This document shows, one piece after another, positions 31,353-41,598 of a stretch of 64,000 nucleotides of DNA (its first letter is position 1; each line of letters begins with the position of its first letter). The DNA is from a virus (lineage: Duplodnaviria; Caudoviricetes): positions 1 through 64,000 of the IMG/VR virus record IMGVR_UViG_3300037483_000378; one strand, 5' to 3'. The notes beneath the pieces are model-generated. The model was not told the origin of the DNA, made no database searches, and worked only from the letters and a program-made list of their open reading frames with translations. A program made the position numbers and the translations under genes.

Positions 31353-34300
31353 CTAAGCCGAGGAACTGTCAACGACCAGGCCCAACCCACTGAGCCCCGT
31401 GAGCAAGCTCGCCAGAGCGGCAACCCCTCCACGACTGCCCGAGACGGTCGGTACACCGGACCCACCCGCACCGAAAAACGCAAGCGTGGACGACGGGTTG
31501 ATTGCGACGACGGCGGCTACGAGGTTTATCCCATCGTTCGCGTGATCGAGCGTCATATACTGCCGCGTCGTCGTGCCATCGTAACTCTCGATCAGCCCCA
31601 GCGGTGGGCTTCCGGCGTCGTGCTTCCACATGTAGTACGGGTTGCTCCCCGCGGGAGCCCCCAGTTTTCCGAAGCGGAACGCCTCCCCTGTGTCCTTGAA
31701 CACCGATACCACGTTCGCGGCATCGATTTGCCCGCCTGTCTTCACCGCGTACCCACCCGGAGACAGATCCACGTAGTAGTCGGTCCCGTCCGCGAAAAAC
31801 CCGATCAGCTTGACCCAAGAGCCGCCGAAGTACGTCTGCTCTCCGTAGAGGTAGTGGTCCTCCTTCAATCCGATGTTTTCGACGGGTACGCCGGACGCAG
31901 CCACGGTCGGCGTGCCGAGGATCAGGCGCGCTCCGTCTACGGTAACCTGCGTCACCCGTGCGGCGTAGGCCAGAATAAGTTCTTGCGCGGTGTGCTTGAA
32001 CCGCAGATAGGTCCGAATGTTTGTGAGGTCGTAGGACTCGAAAAGCGCAGACGCCGGCGTATCACTTTCGGTCTTGAACGCATACTGCGGTTCATTGGCG
32101 AGGGGCGCTGAGTCCTTGCCGAATACCAAGTGCTCGTGCTGACTCCCGAGCGCCCCCCACGTTGACCAGACAATCCCTTTCGTGCGGTTGTTGACCTGGA
32201 TGGTGTTGTCGTTGTCCTGAAAATCAGGGTCCACGACGCCGGTCGCGTGTGAGTCGTCGGTCACAAGGTCAATGCGGTTGTTCGTGGATGGGTCGCCCGG
32301 GTACCCAGTGTCGATCACGGCCCACGGCTGCACGTAGAGAAGCCCCTCGTCACCAACCATCTGCGCGCGGATGATGTTGTTGTGGGCATCGAAGAACTTG
32401 AGCCCGGCCTCCTGGTTGCTCATCGAGCGGATATCCAGATTACAGTCCGTCGCGAACACGAGCGCGAACCCGGAAGAGTAGTTTTCCTGCGCCTGAAGGA
32501 CGGCCCCGTGGACGCCTTGGGCGGTGACGAGCCACCCGTGCCCCTGGTCCGTCGCTGCATCCTGGCCGTTGCCGAACGATTTACAGTCGGAGTACCTGTC
32601 GTTGGTCCCGTTGGCCACAATTCCAGAAAGGCCAGAATGAGCAACAACGATGCCGTGATGGGTATTGTCGGTCCCCCCGGCGGGCCATGTAAATATTCCG
32701 TGCCTGCCGGAGTTTCTGATTACCACGTCACGGACACTGACCTCGCGGCAGGTGAGACCCTTGAGCAGGCCCCACCCGGAGACGTTGTCGATCAGGACGT
32801 GGTCGAGGAACTGGTGGGAGTCGTTGTACTCGACGCTCGCCGGTGTCGCGGTCAGGAGCACGCCCGGGTTGTAGGCTATCTGGTTCGCCTTGTTGCCGTC
32901 AATGCGGATGTTGCGCACACCCCATTGCCCGTCGGTCGCACTCTCCGACACCACGACGGGAAGCCCTTCAAGAATCTCATAGGTGATCGTGCCTGGCGTG
33001 CCACCGAACGGGTCGGTGCCCACACCAGACTCCATCCCGATTGTAAGTTGTGTGGCGGTGTTGGCGGTGATGACGCGCGCTTCGCCACTGAGCGGCCCGC
33101 TGGTAATGCGAGCCGTCCGCATCTTGTGTTCGTCCACCGTCCACGTTTTCCCGGTGTCGTTTAGCGTAGAAGTAGTGTTGCCCCCCGTGGACGTGCCCGA
33201 GTCGATCGTCGTGTGCGCGTTCGCTGCCTGTATGAGCTTGGAGCCCCACCCGTCTCCGCAAATCTCCACGCCCTTCTTCATCGTGAGCGATGACACCTGC
33301 ACGATACCGCCCGCAAAAATCTTCCCGCCGCCAAGCGCAAAAGCCTCATCCACGAGACTCTGCATTTCCGTTGTGTTGTTCGTGGCGCCAGTGATGTCCA
33401 CTCCGGCCACGCTCGCATCGAAGAAGACGCCAATCCGCGCTTGGCCGGTGATGGGATCGTCCCCTACGGAGAGCCCCCGACTCAGCATCAGGATTTCGTC
33501 GGTGACGTGCCCGTCGCCATCCACGTCGGTGATGATCGTGCGGATGGACTCGCTTCCGAGCGGGAGAGTCGTCTCCTGCGCAGGTCCCGCATTGCCCGTA
33601 CCGAGGTCCGCGCTCACGTCGTCATACGGCGTGACCGTCGCGACCGTCGTCGCGTCCGGGTCGAATCCGTAGACGGTCGCCACGACGCCGTCCTTGGCGG
33701 CAATGTCCTCCCGAGTCACCACCGCAGGGTCCGCGCCCACGACCACGGAAACCAATAGGCTCTTGACACCATCCGTCTCGCACTGAAAGTGAAGGTCCAA
33801 CTCTACGACGGAAAACACTCCGTATGTGGCAACGCGACGCTCCAGCCACACGCTCTTGAGTGCGTTCCGCAAAAACCCGAACGGAATACTCCGCTGAATG
33901 GGCGACGACTTCACGGCGGCCGCCTGCGCGGTGTACGTCGTGCCCACGCAGTTGAACGTCCACCCGGACAGGTACAGTTCCTCGCCGTCCTTCAGCGCGA
34001 CGATGCCCGAGAGCACCGCCGAAAGCTGCACCTGCGTGCCGAAGCCCGTACCCACCAGCGTCGCCACGCCCACGTCCGTATCGTTGGCGAGCGACGGGTC
34101 CGCGTAGGCGTCCGTACCCGCCGCCGCGATCACCGCCTTGAAGCGATACGACAGACTGTCGGTGTCTATGGCGCGGGGCGTCGCGTAGGTTTCGTTCGTG
34201 GCGTCCGTAGTCAGGTCCACGTCGCCGCTCGGGAACACGTCGGAATCCGACTCGCGATACACCACCTCGGAGACAAGCGCCGGAGTGCTGTCGTCCTCCG

Positions 34301-37300
34301 CATACGCCTCAATCGCCACGTTCGCGGCCCCGTCCGCCGGGTGCGCGAACGTGAAGAACTCCGCCAGCGGGTCCGCTGCGGGACCGACCGACGTGTAGGC
34401 TGGCGGTCCACTGCCCACGTCGTAGGTCCGGTAGTAGAGCGTGACGTTCGTACCCTGCCCGGACGCGACCGCCAGCCACTTCTCGTCGCCGTCCGTGGTG
34501 CGACCCATGTAGATGAGGGCGACGGTGGGCAGGTTGTCACCCACCTGATAGGTGGATGGCTTGACCTCCAGGTCCGTCACCTGCACCGGCGTCCCGTCTT
34601 GCCCAAAGAACCCGAAGTAAATGCGCTGAATTTTCGCGCCGCTCGGATCGAACGTGTGGATCAGCACGGACCCCGTAGCGTCGATGGCGCCGGTCGCATC
34701 TACCTCCGCCTCCAGCGGCGCGTCCGTTTCGTCCACGAGCCACTTGATCTGCTCTGCCGGGGCCGTCGCGGTCCAGTGCGCCCACAGCTCGTCGCCGTCC
34801 AGGTCGAGCGTCAGGATGACGCGCCCCTCCAGCAGCTCCACCTTGTACTTCTGCGTGAACATCACCGGCTGCTCCCGCCCCGTCCCGTCGTCTACCTCGT
34901 AAGCAAACCCGGAGAGCCAGAAGGACGTGCCCACGACCCACGTACCACCCATGCTTACCTCTGCCCAGCCCTCGTCGCTCACGGCCGTCACGGACGAAGC
35001 ACGTACCGTCTCCTCGTTCGGGAACCCGCTCGCGTCTGCCGCGAGCCGCACTGACCCGGAGTCCGGCTTGTTCGCGCGCACGCGCAGCGTGGCTGCGCCG
35101 TCGATGTCCCAGACCGGGATCGCTTCGAGGATGCGGGGGAACGCATAGCCGATCCTGGTGATGGCGGCAGAACCAGGCAGGATGTCCTCGTAGTTGCGAA
35201 TCCAGATGGTGAGTCTCTGCCCCATCGCGTCATGGACGGCGACCACGGGACCGATCAGCCAGAGCATGCCGCGCAGCGCCCGGTCGTCCGTAGGGCGGCG
35301 TCCCACGAAGCGGTCCGTCTGCACGGCCACCACGTCGCCGATCTCAAGCTCCGGGTGCGGCACCGTGGACGTTACCGTGAGCGTGATCATGCCCATGCCG
35401 AGCGACGCGACCTGGCGTTTCGCGATCAGCTCGGCCAGTCCCGCTACCGGGTCGCCGCCGCCCGTCGTGCCGCTCTGCGGTATCCACTGCGCCACGTGAT
35501 CGTCCAGCCTCGGCACGATGCCTTGCCGTACCTGCGTGATGCCGAGCTTCGAGATCGCCTGCGTGTGAAACGCCCTAACCTCTCCGGCATACGCGCCGCC
35601 GCCCTGATCCTGCGCGTCGCTCCAACCCCACGGCACGTAGAACTCCGCCACGCGCTCGGAGTACCCGGGCGACACGGCGTCCACGCTCGCCTCTTCCAGC
35701 GGGATGATGGCCACGGGATGCGGAGCCGGGCCCACGGCCGGATCATGGTGGAGCCGTACCCACTTCAGTCGCCCCTGGCTTGCGATGGTCACGCCGCCCG
35801 TCAGGTAGTCGAGCGCCGTGACCTCCTGCTTGCCGTCCACCTCCATGATCCGCTTCGTGACCCGAGCCGACGCGTCAAGAACGCCGTCGCCGTCCGTGTC
35901 GATCGTGACGTCCACGGCACCCGGGCCTATGTGCCTGCCGGGGATCTCAAGTTGGCCGGTTAGCAGGTCGTCGCGCGCCGTGCTGATCAGCTCGTTGGCG
36001 TACTCCTTCGGCTCGCGCTCTCCCGCCACGTCGAGCGGCACGATGCCGCGCAGATAGGCGAGCACGTTCACGCATGGCACGATGCCGCTCGCTCGCTGGC
36101 TCGTCTGGTCTTCGACGAGGAAGCTGTCTAGGAGCATCCACGCATGACGGGCCAGGTTCGGCGACCCGAGCCACGCGCGGAACTCTATCTGACCGATCCA
36201 GTTCTCCGCGAACAGCGTCGTGAAGAAGTCGCGGTAATCGGTGATGCCGTCCTTGATGATCTCGATCGACGCCTGACCGATTTCCGCGTGCAAGTCTACC
36301 GGGTCCACAGCCACTGCGTAGCTGCGCAGCACGGCGATCTCCGTCAGGTCCGTGCGCTCGCGCTCCCGCACGCCGAACCGGCGCACGATGGGGCTCGCGT
36401 TGTCCGGCGTGAGCGTCACGCGCGCGTCGTACGTCTCCGCGGGAGTGAACCCGCTCAAGTCTGCGCCCCCTTCGTCCGTGTTGTCCACGCCTATGACGTC
36501 GCCGTCGAACACCTCTACCCACGACCCGGACGCGGGCACGGCGATCTCGAACGTGAGCGATGATCCGCCAGGCGTCTGACCCGAAGCGACGATCTCTACC
36601 TCGTCCGTTGGCGATGCCCCGAGGTCCAGGCGGTTGCCCGCACCCGTGAACGAGATCGTCTGCTCCGTGAACGTGATCTCTTCGAGCGTGAAGTTCGGCA
36701 TCCCGATCTCCACCGTCCTGGAGTACGTCGAGCCGTTCTGCTCGGCGCTTTCCTCGGCGATGGCAGCGAGCTGAACGTGACGCGACGTGTAGCTGACGCC
36801 GCTTTTCTCGGCCTGCGCGGAGTCCCCGAGCCAGGCCACGTTCGTCGCGGCCTCACCCTCACCTGCCACGGCCCAGATGAAGACGTACGTGCGCTGCGAG
36901 ACCGCCGTAGCCAGCGACTCGCCCGCCTGCGTCATCTTCGGGGGCGGGCCGATCCTCACTGCTGACGACACGCCGCGGGACCGGAAATCAAACGTCACGT
37001 CGCTTGGGGACGTGCCGCCCGCATGCGCTACGTCGATGCGCGCAGAGATTGGCTGAAGCGTCCACTCTGCCGTGATCGCGTCCGGGTTCGTGACCTCGGC
37101 GAGACGGAAGAGCTGAGCACGCCACTCCGTTACCGTCACGCCGGTGCCTGCCAGGTCCGGGTCAAGCCGAGCGATGAGCCGGTCGATCTCTCGATCCGAC
37201 AGGTCGCCGACGTTGCCCCATTCTACCTCGACGGCGAAGTGCGGGGTCGCGGCATCCAGGTCCGTGATCACCTCGTCCGTGTTGCTCGTTCCGCCGTCTG

Positions 37301-37511
37301 CCGCCGTTTCGCGCGTGCCGAGCAACTTGGCGCCGCCGTCCGCCAGTACCTGGATGCCCGTGAGCGGGCTATCGGCGGCACTCCAGTCGTCAGGAACGTC
37401 CTTCACGTCCTCGCGCACGACCCGGATCGCCTCCACGATCACGGAGGCGTCCGGGTCAGCACGCAGCAGGGCGTTCTGAAGAGCGACGTTGCCTAGCCAG
37501 CCGTCACGCAT
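31353..37511 (-). CDS. Large tail protein: central tail/hub region, FN3-like spacers and a right-handed beta-helix (pectate-lyase-like) tailspike domain
   Basis: 2052 aa; DNTTEMQSLVD...GG; IRIDGNKANQ, VVIRNSGRHGI, GNGQD beta-helix coils. Confidence 0.85.
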   Translation of the reverse strand: MRDGWLGNVALQNALLRADPDASVIVEAIRVVREDVKDVPDDWSAADSPLTGIQVLADGGAKLLGTRETAADGGTSNTDEVITDLDAATPHFAVEVEWGNVGDLSDREIDRLIARLDPDLAGTGVTVTEWRAQLFRLAEVTNPDAITAEWTLQPISARIDVAHAGGTSPSDVTFDFRSRGVSSAVRIGPPPKMTQAGESLATAVSQRTYVFIWAVAGEGEAATNVAWLGDSAQAEKSGVSYTSRHVQLAAIAEESAEQNGSTYSRTVEIGMPNFTLEEITFTEQTISFTGAGNRLDLGASPTDEVEIVASGQTPGGSSLTFEIAVPASGSWVEVFDGDVIGVDNTDEGGADLSGFTPAETYDARVTLTPDNASPIVRRFGVRERERTDLTEIAVLRSYAVAVDPVDLHAEIGQASIEIIKDGITDYRDFFTTLFAENWIGQIEFRAWLGSPNLARHAWMLLDSFLVEDQTSQRASGIVPCVNVLAYLRGIVPLDVAGEREPKEYANELISTARDDLLTGQLEIPGRHIGPGAVDVTIDTDGDGVLDASARVTKRIMEVDGKQEVTALDYLTGGVTIASQGRLKWVRLHHDPAVGPAPHPVAIIPLEEASVDAVSPGYSERVAEFYVPWGWSDAQDQGGGAYAGEVRAFHTQAISKLGITQVRQGIVPRLDDHVAQWIPQSGTTGGGDPVAGLAELIAKRQVASLGMGMITLTVTSTVPHPELEIGDVVAVQTDRFVGRRPTDDRALRGMLWLIGPVVAVHDAMGQRLTIWIRNYEDILPGSAAITRIGYAFPRILEAIPVWDIDGAATLRVRANKPDSGSVRLAADASGFPNEETVRASSVTAVSDEGWAEVSMGGTWVVGTSFWLSGFAYEVDDGTGREQPVMFTQKYKVELLEGRVILTLDLDGDELWAHWTATAPAEQIKWLVDETDAPLEAEVDATGAIDATGSVLIHTFDPSGAKIQRIYFGFFGQDGTPVQVTDLEVKPSTYQVGDNLPTVALIYMGRTTDGDEKWLAVASGQGTNVTLYYRTYDVGSGPPAYTSVGPAADPLAEFFTFAHPADGAANVAIEAYAEDDSTPALVSEVVYRESDSDVFPSGDVDLTTDATNETYATPRAIDTDSLSYRFKAVIAAAGTDAYADPSLANDTDVGVATLVGTGFGTQVQLSAVLSGIVALKDGEELYLSGWTFNCVGTTYTAQAAAVKSSPIQRSIPFGFLRNALKSVWLERRVATYGVFSVVELDLHFQCETDGVKSLLVSVVVGADPAVVTREDIAAKDGVVATVYGFDPDATTVATVTPYDDVSADLGTGNAGPAQETTLPLGSESIRTIITDVDGDGHVTDEILMLSRGLSVGDDPITGQARIGVFFDASVAGVDITGATNNTTEMQSLVDEAFALGGGKIFAGGIVQVSSLTMKKGVEICGDGWGSKLIQAANAHTTIDSGTSTGGNTTSTLNDTGKTWTVDEHKMRTARITSGPLSGEARVITANTATQLTIGMESGVGTDPFGGTPGTITYEILEGLPVVVSESATDGQWGVRNIRIDGNKANQIAYNPGVLLTATPASVEYNDSHQFLDHVLIDNVSGWGLLKGLTCREVSVRDVVIRNSGRHGIFTWPAGGTDNTHHGIVVAHSGLSGIVANGTNDRYSDCKSFGNGQDAATDQGHGWLVTAQGVHGAVLQAQENYSSGFALVFATDCNLDIRSMSNQEAGLKFFDAHNNIIRAQMVGDEGLLYVQPWAVIDTGYPGDPSTNNRIDLVTDDSHATGVVDPDFQDNDNTIQVNNRTKGIVWSTWGALGSQHEHLVFGKDSAPLANEPQYAFKTESDTPASALFESYDLTNIRTYLRFKHTAQELILAYAARVTQVTVDGARLILGTPTVAASGVPVENIGLKEDHYLYGEQTYFGGSWVKLIGFFADGTDYYVDLSPGGYAVKTGGQIDAANVVSVFKDTGEAFRFGKLGAPAGSNPYYMWKHDAGSPPLGLIESYDGTTTRQYMTLDHANDGINLVAAVVAINPSSTLAFFGAGGSGVPTVSGSRGGVAALASLLTGLSGLGLVVDSSSA

Positions 37512-40500
37512 CAGCTAGCCTCCCTCATGCTCGTCATGTCATGCGAGCCGAGCGCGATCTTCTCGTCGATCCACCCGAACGCCACGCTCGGGCCCTTGCG
37601 CACGGACGCGCCGCTCCACGCGGGCGGGCTGATCCTGCCGGTGTCAGTACCCGTCGTCTCTGCGCCGCCGTCCACGGAGACGCCCGCCGTGATCACTCCG
37701 GTCGAAGGCACGTAGTGAACGCGAACCTCCACCTCCTGCCCGAGGGCGACGGACGGTGAAAGGGCTACCTCTGCCACCGTCGTCCCGTCGTCGTACTCCA
37801 CGCGGTAGCGTTGCGCCCCGCCCGCGAAGATTCGCAGGCCGGGGTCCGTGCTCCCGTCGTCGATGCGGGAGAGCACTCCCTCGTTCGTCGCGTACGCCTG
37901 CCCGGTCTCGACGAAATAAAGGTACCATGTCAGCTCACGGCTCGATGGGATCACGTAGGCGTCCACGTTCGTCTCCGCAGCCTTCGCCACCGTGCCTTCT
38001 GCGTCGTTCGGGATGGGAAGCGGGCGCACCCTGCCTGCCACGATCGTCGGCATCGCGATGTACACGTATGCGTTGGCCGTGCCGAACGCAACAGCGTCTT
38101 CCACGCTCAGGTCGAAGTAGGCTTCTGTCGCCCCTGCGTCGATCTGTCGCTGCACGTGAAGCCACTGCCACGCGCCCTTCGCGCTCATGCTTTCGCCCGT
38201 AGTGGTGCCCACGTCGTCCTTGGCTTTCAGCGTCACGTTCGCGGCCGTCACGGCTCCGCCCGTTCGGATTATCACGCCGACTACCATGGAGTACCATGAG
38301 CCGGGAGTCAGCCCGTTAAGTTGCCCGGAGAGCCCCCACCTGTACGCTCGCTGCGCCGTGCCGCTCGGGCCCGTGTCGAACTTAGTCACGCGCTGAAGTC
38401 CGGAACTAGCCATCGCCACGTCGAACGCATCGGGGTCAGCAGATGCCTCGGAGTCCCAGTCCACGATAGTAGCGTTAGCCACGCCCACCGCGTTGCCGAA
38501 CCCGGACAGCCCTGGAAGGCTCGTGCCCTTAGTCGCAGTGCTCGCGGCCTGGGTCGCCAGCTCGCTCGTCTGCCCGCTCCGGTACACGGCGATGTCCGGG
38601 CTCACCAGCGCCTGAAGTTCGGCCAGGGTCATCTCGGCGCCGGACTGGGCCTTGAACGAGATCAGGCCGGAGTTGCAGTTGAGGCCCGCGCTAGCGAAGG
38701 CGATAGAGTTCGTGCCCCACGACGCCGGAAGAGCCTGCGTGGAAATCGCACCATCCAGCGTTGTGTCTTCGGCGCCCCCATTGATGCTCAGCCCAAGCGT
38801 GTTCGCGCCCGCGCTGGTGCGATACCAGCGAATAGCGATGTGGTCGCCAAGGCTCAAACTGACGGTCCAGTAGCCCGACACGATCGCACTCGCGAGAGTG
38901 GTGAACACAACAAGGCGCGAGGTCGAAGCATGGAAATAGCACAGCATCTGGTTGGCGTTTTCGCCCAACTGCCACAGGTACTTGTTCGTCCCCGTATTCG
39001 GCAGATCCAGCACGACGGCTTCGTACAGGTAGTTCGCCTCCTGCGGGGTCGCGTCGAGCAGGTCCACCGTGAGGCTGTCGGCGGCGCGGGTGTCTGTGGA
39101 CCCGGACGTGGGGATATACGAACTCGGGACCGGCTGGTCGACCTCAATATCCATGCCCCAGAAATAGGCGCCTGAACTCCCGTCTCCAGCATATGACGCC
39201 ACGCCTACGGAGGTCGTCAGGCCAAACACCACATTCGGAGCCGAGGCGCCCGACAAGAGATCGTAGGAGATCGAACACTTATACCAACCGTCAGAGAAAG
39301 CCGTTATCCACGCGGAATGGCTGGCGTGAGGTGTGACAGTTCCCGTGCCGAGATCGAAATACGACGTGCCCCCAGCTGCTGCCTTGGTATCTCCACGGAG
39401 ATACACGACGGTGCGCTCAGCGGCCTTGACGAAAACAGACGCCGTGGACTTCTTGTTATCCGAAGGGGAGGGGACGGCCCGGTAGAAGCGGTGATTGTCA
39501 GTGGTCGCAGCCTCAACGACCTTGTCCGCAGTTGATTGACCGTCGGGCGCCGCCACCGCATCCGCAGCAATGCTGATATTGTCCTTGGTCCATACCGCTT
39601 GGGTGATGTCTTCGGCGTAGGTCCATCCATTTGCACTCGCCATCTCCAGCAGCGTGACCCGGCGCGATACCGAGTCGTTCGTGGTCAGGCGGTGCCGGTT
39701 ACGCAGCACGTTGGCCGCGACGGCCTCAACGTCATCCCAGGTGATTTGAGTCGCGGTATCGTTGCGCGTGACAGCCGGCACCGAGCCGTAGGCAGTCTTC
39801 CACGAGTGCGTCGCACCTGAGTCGGTGGAGTGCGGGCCGTAGAGGACCAGCTTGTCGGAGTGGCGGTTGGCCCATTCCTCGATGGCCATTCCGGCGCCCG
39901 CGTTGAAGCGGTCGGTGATCGGGTCGGCGGAGCTTCCGTCGTTGGTGACGAGGAGGTTGAGGGCGCCTTCAAGGCTGCGAAGCCCAGTGCTGGACTGGCC
40001 AACAAATGCTGTATAGCTACCGGCGGTGATCGCGTTCGCGTTAGCGTCGGAATCGGTTTCCAACGTGCCATCGTCGTTCGTATCGGCGTAAGCGGTCTGT
40101 GTTACACCATCCCAGCGCGCCCCAAAAAATACAGGCGTACCCGCAGTGAAAGCCTTGGTGAGAAACGACGATACCGTGACTCCCCCAGCGGTTACGTAAC
40201 ACCTCAGTTCGCCACCCGTTTCTTTCCGCAGGATAACGCGGTCCGTGCCACTAAGGTTGATGTGGCATAGGTCGCGAGCAACCCCATCCGTGTTGGCGAA
40301 GTCCGGAATGAACCACGCCGAAATCGTCCAACTATCCGGGTCCCAATTGGCGGGCATGGTGATCTGGAGGTCGTCCCCAGCCTCGATCCGAATCGCGTAC
40401 TCGCCCGATAGGTCCGTGACGGCGTCAAGCTCCACCAGCTCGAAGTCCGCCTCGCTACCGCCGGGGATCGCATGCTCGACGAGCTGCGTGAGCGCGCCCT

Positions 40501-40741
40501 CCATCGGCACGGCCAGCGTCTCACGCACGTCGTCACCGTCGAGGTCCATGAAGCTCACGCGCACGGCATCGACCTCAGCGAGCCGAAGCACGCCGTTGCG
40601 GTCGAACACCGCGGCAGTACTCGCGCGAGCGTACGTCTCCACCACCTCCTCGAACCCGGCAGTGCGCTTGCGCAGCGTGCCGAATCGCTCCAGCGGCGCG
40701 CCGCCCGCACGATAAACCAACTGATCCCCTCTCACCGACAT
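37511..40741 (-). CDS. Tail protein with LamG/carbohydrate-binding-like modules
   Basis: 1076 aa; YSEDF-like repeat (WTYAEDITQAVW...TASVFVKA...PSSYIPTSG) and LamG patterns. Confidence 0.8.
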   Translation of the reverse strand: MSVRGDQLVYRAGGAPLERFGTLRKRTAGFEEVVETYARASTAAVFDRNGVLRLAEVDAVRVSFMDLDGDDVRETLAVPMEGALTQLVEHAIPGGSEADFELVELDAVTDLSGEYAIRIEAGDDLQITMPANWDPDSWTISAWFIPDFANTDGVARDLCHINLSGTDRVILRKETGGELRCYVTAGGVTVSSFLTKAFTAGTPVFFGARWDGVTQTAYADTNDDGTLETDSDANANAITAGSYTAFVGQSSTGLRSLEGALNLLVTNDGSSADPITDRFNAGAGMAIEEWANRHSDKLVLYGPHSTDSGATHSWKTAYGSVPAVTRNDTATQITWDDVEAVAANVLRNRHRLTTNDSVSRRVTLLEMASANGWTYAEDITQAVWTKDNISIAADAVAAPDGQSTADKVVEAATTDNHRFYRAVPSPSDNKKSTASVFVKAAERTVVYLRGDTKAAAGGTSYFDLGTGTVTPHASHSAWITAFSDGWYKCSISYDLLSGASAPNVVFGLTTSVGVASYAGDGSSGAYFWGMDIEVDQPVPSSYIPTSGSTDTRAADSLTVDLLDATPQEANYLYEAVVLDLPNTGTNKYLWQLGENANQMLCYFHASTSRLVVFTTLASAIVSGYWTVSLSLGDHIAIRWYRTSAGANTLGLSINGGAEDTTLDGAISTQALPASWGTNSIAFASAGLNCNSGLISFKAQSGAEMTLAELQALVSPDIAVYRSGQTSELATQAASTATKGTSLPGLSGFGNAVGVANATIVDWDSEASADPDAFDVAMASSGLQRVTKFDTGPSGTAQRAYRWGLSGQLNGLTPGSWYSMVVGVIIRTGGAVTAANVTLKAKDDVGTTTGESMSAKGAWQWLHVQRQIDAGATEAYFDLSVEDAVAFGTANAYVYIAMPTIVAGRVRPLPIPNDAEGTVAKAAETNVDAYVIPSSRELTWYLYFVETGQAYATNEGVLSRIDDGSTDPGLRIFAGGAQRYRVEYDDGTTVAEVALSPSVALGQEVEVRVHYVPSTGVITAGVSVDGGAETTGTDTGRISPPAWSGASVRKGPSVAFGWIDEKIALGSHDMTSMREAS

Positions 40742-40754
40742 CGCGTCGTCTCCG

Positions 40755-41594
40755 TCAGATCAGCTTCGGTGCCGTTTCCACCAGCGGGAAACTCGTCTGC
40801 ATGAACCCCCACCCCCCCGCCTCCTCGAAACGATACGTCCCGGCTGGGACCTGACCCAGCCACGCACGCTCTGCTTTCGCCTGGTCCGGCACGTACCACG
40901 TCGGACGACGACGCCATGCCTGCGTCTCGATGTGGATGCGCGCCACGTCGTATTCCGCCCAGTCCTGAAGCTGGAGGTTGATCGTCGTCTCGTATCGCTG
41001 CGCTGCCCTACTCGCACCGACCCATGCCGTGTCGCTTTCCACCTCCGTAAACGAGAGCCGTCGCCCGTGCGGCGCGAACGGCAGCGCCTGGAGGAACGCT
41101 GGCTCCCAGCTCAGGTCCACGTAGAGCCCTACCACGAGCGGACGCAGCCCGGCACCCATGGCCGGGACGTAGAGCCTCCAGTCGCGATAAGCGCGCGGCG
41201 TGAAGCGCCGAAGCCAGGCGCCCTCTTCTGTGAGCGTACCCGGATCCTCGCGCAGGTCCGACGGGGCATAGACGGAAGCGGGAACGGTCACGTCCACGAT
41301 GGTATCCGTGGTGGTGAAGTTGTCGTTGCTTCCTTGCACCTTCACCTGCCGCCCTGCGAGGTTGTGCCCGCGATCGAGCGCGACGAAGTCCGCCATGCGC
41401 ACGCGGTCGCACCGCACCTTGAGCCACCATGCAGCGTTGGCCGTTGCCGACGTAGCCGCGTTGAGCGACGAGCGCCTTCCCGTCCCCGCACGGAACGCCT
41501 CGTTCCCGGAAGGCTCCTCAAGCGCGCTCACGGCGTGGTCCGGATACATGACGGTGTTCAGGAAGTTGCCGGAGCAGAAGAGGGGGTTGGCCAC
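40755..41594 (-). CDS. Distal tail/minor tail protein
   Basis: DFVALDRGHNL...VQGSNDNF...RDWRL discoidin-like pattern; follows tape measure. Confidence 0.7.
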   Translation of the reverse strand: MANPLFCSGNFLNTVMYPDHAVSALEEPSGNEAFRAGTGRRSSLNAATSATANAAWWLKVRCDRVRMADFVALDRGHNLAGRQVKVQGSNDNFTTTDTIVDVTVPASVYAPSDLREDPGTLTEEGAWLRRFTPRAYRDWRLYVPAMGAGLRPLVVGLYVDLSWEPAFLQALPFAPHGRRLSFTEVESDTAWVGASRAAQRYETTINLQLQDWAEYDVARIHIETQAWRRRPTWYVPDQAKAERAWLGQVPAGTYRFEEAGGWGFMQTSFPLVETAPKLI

Positions 41595-41598
41595 GCCG

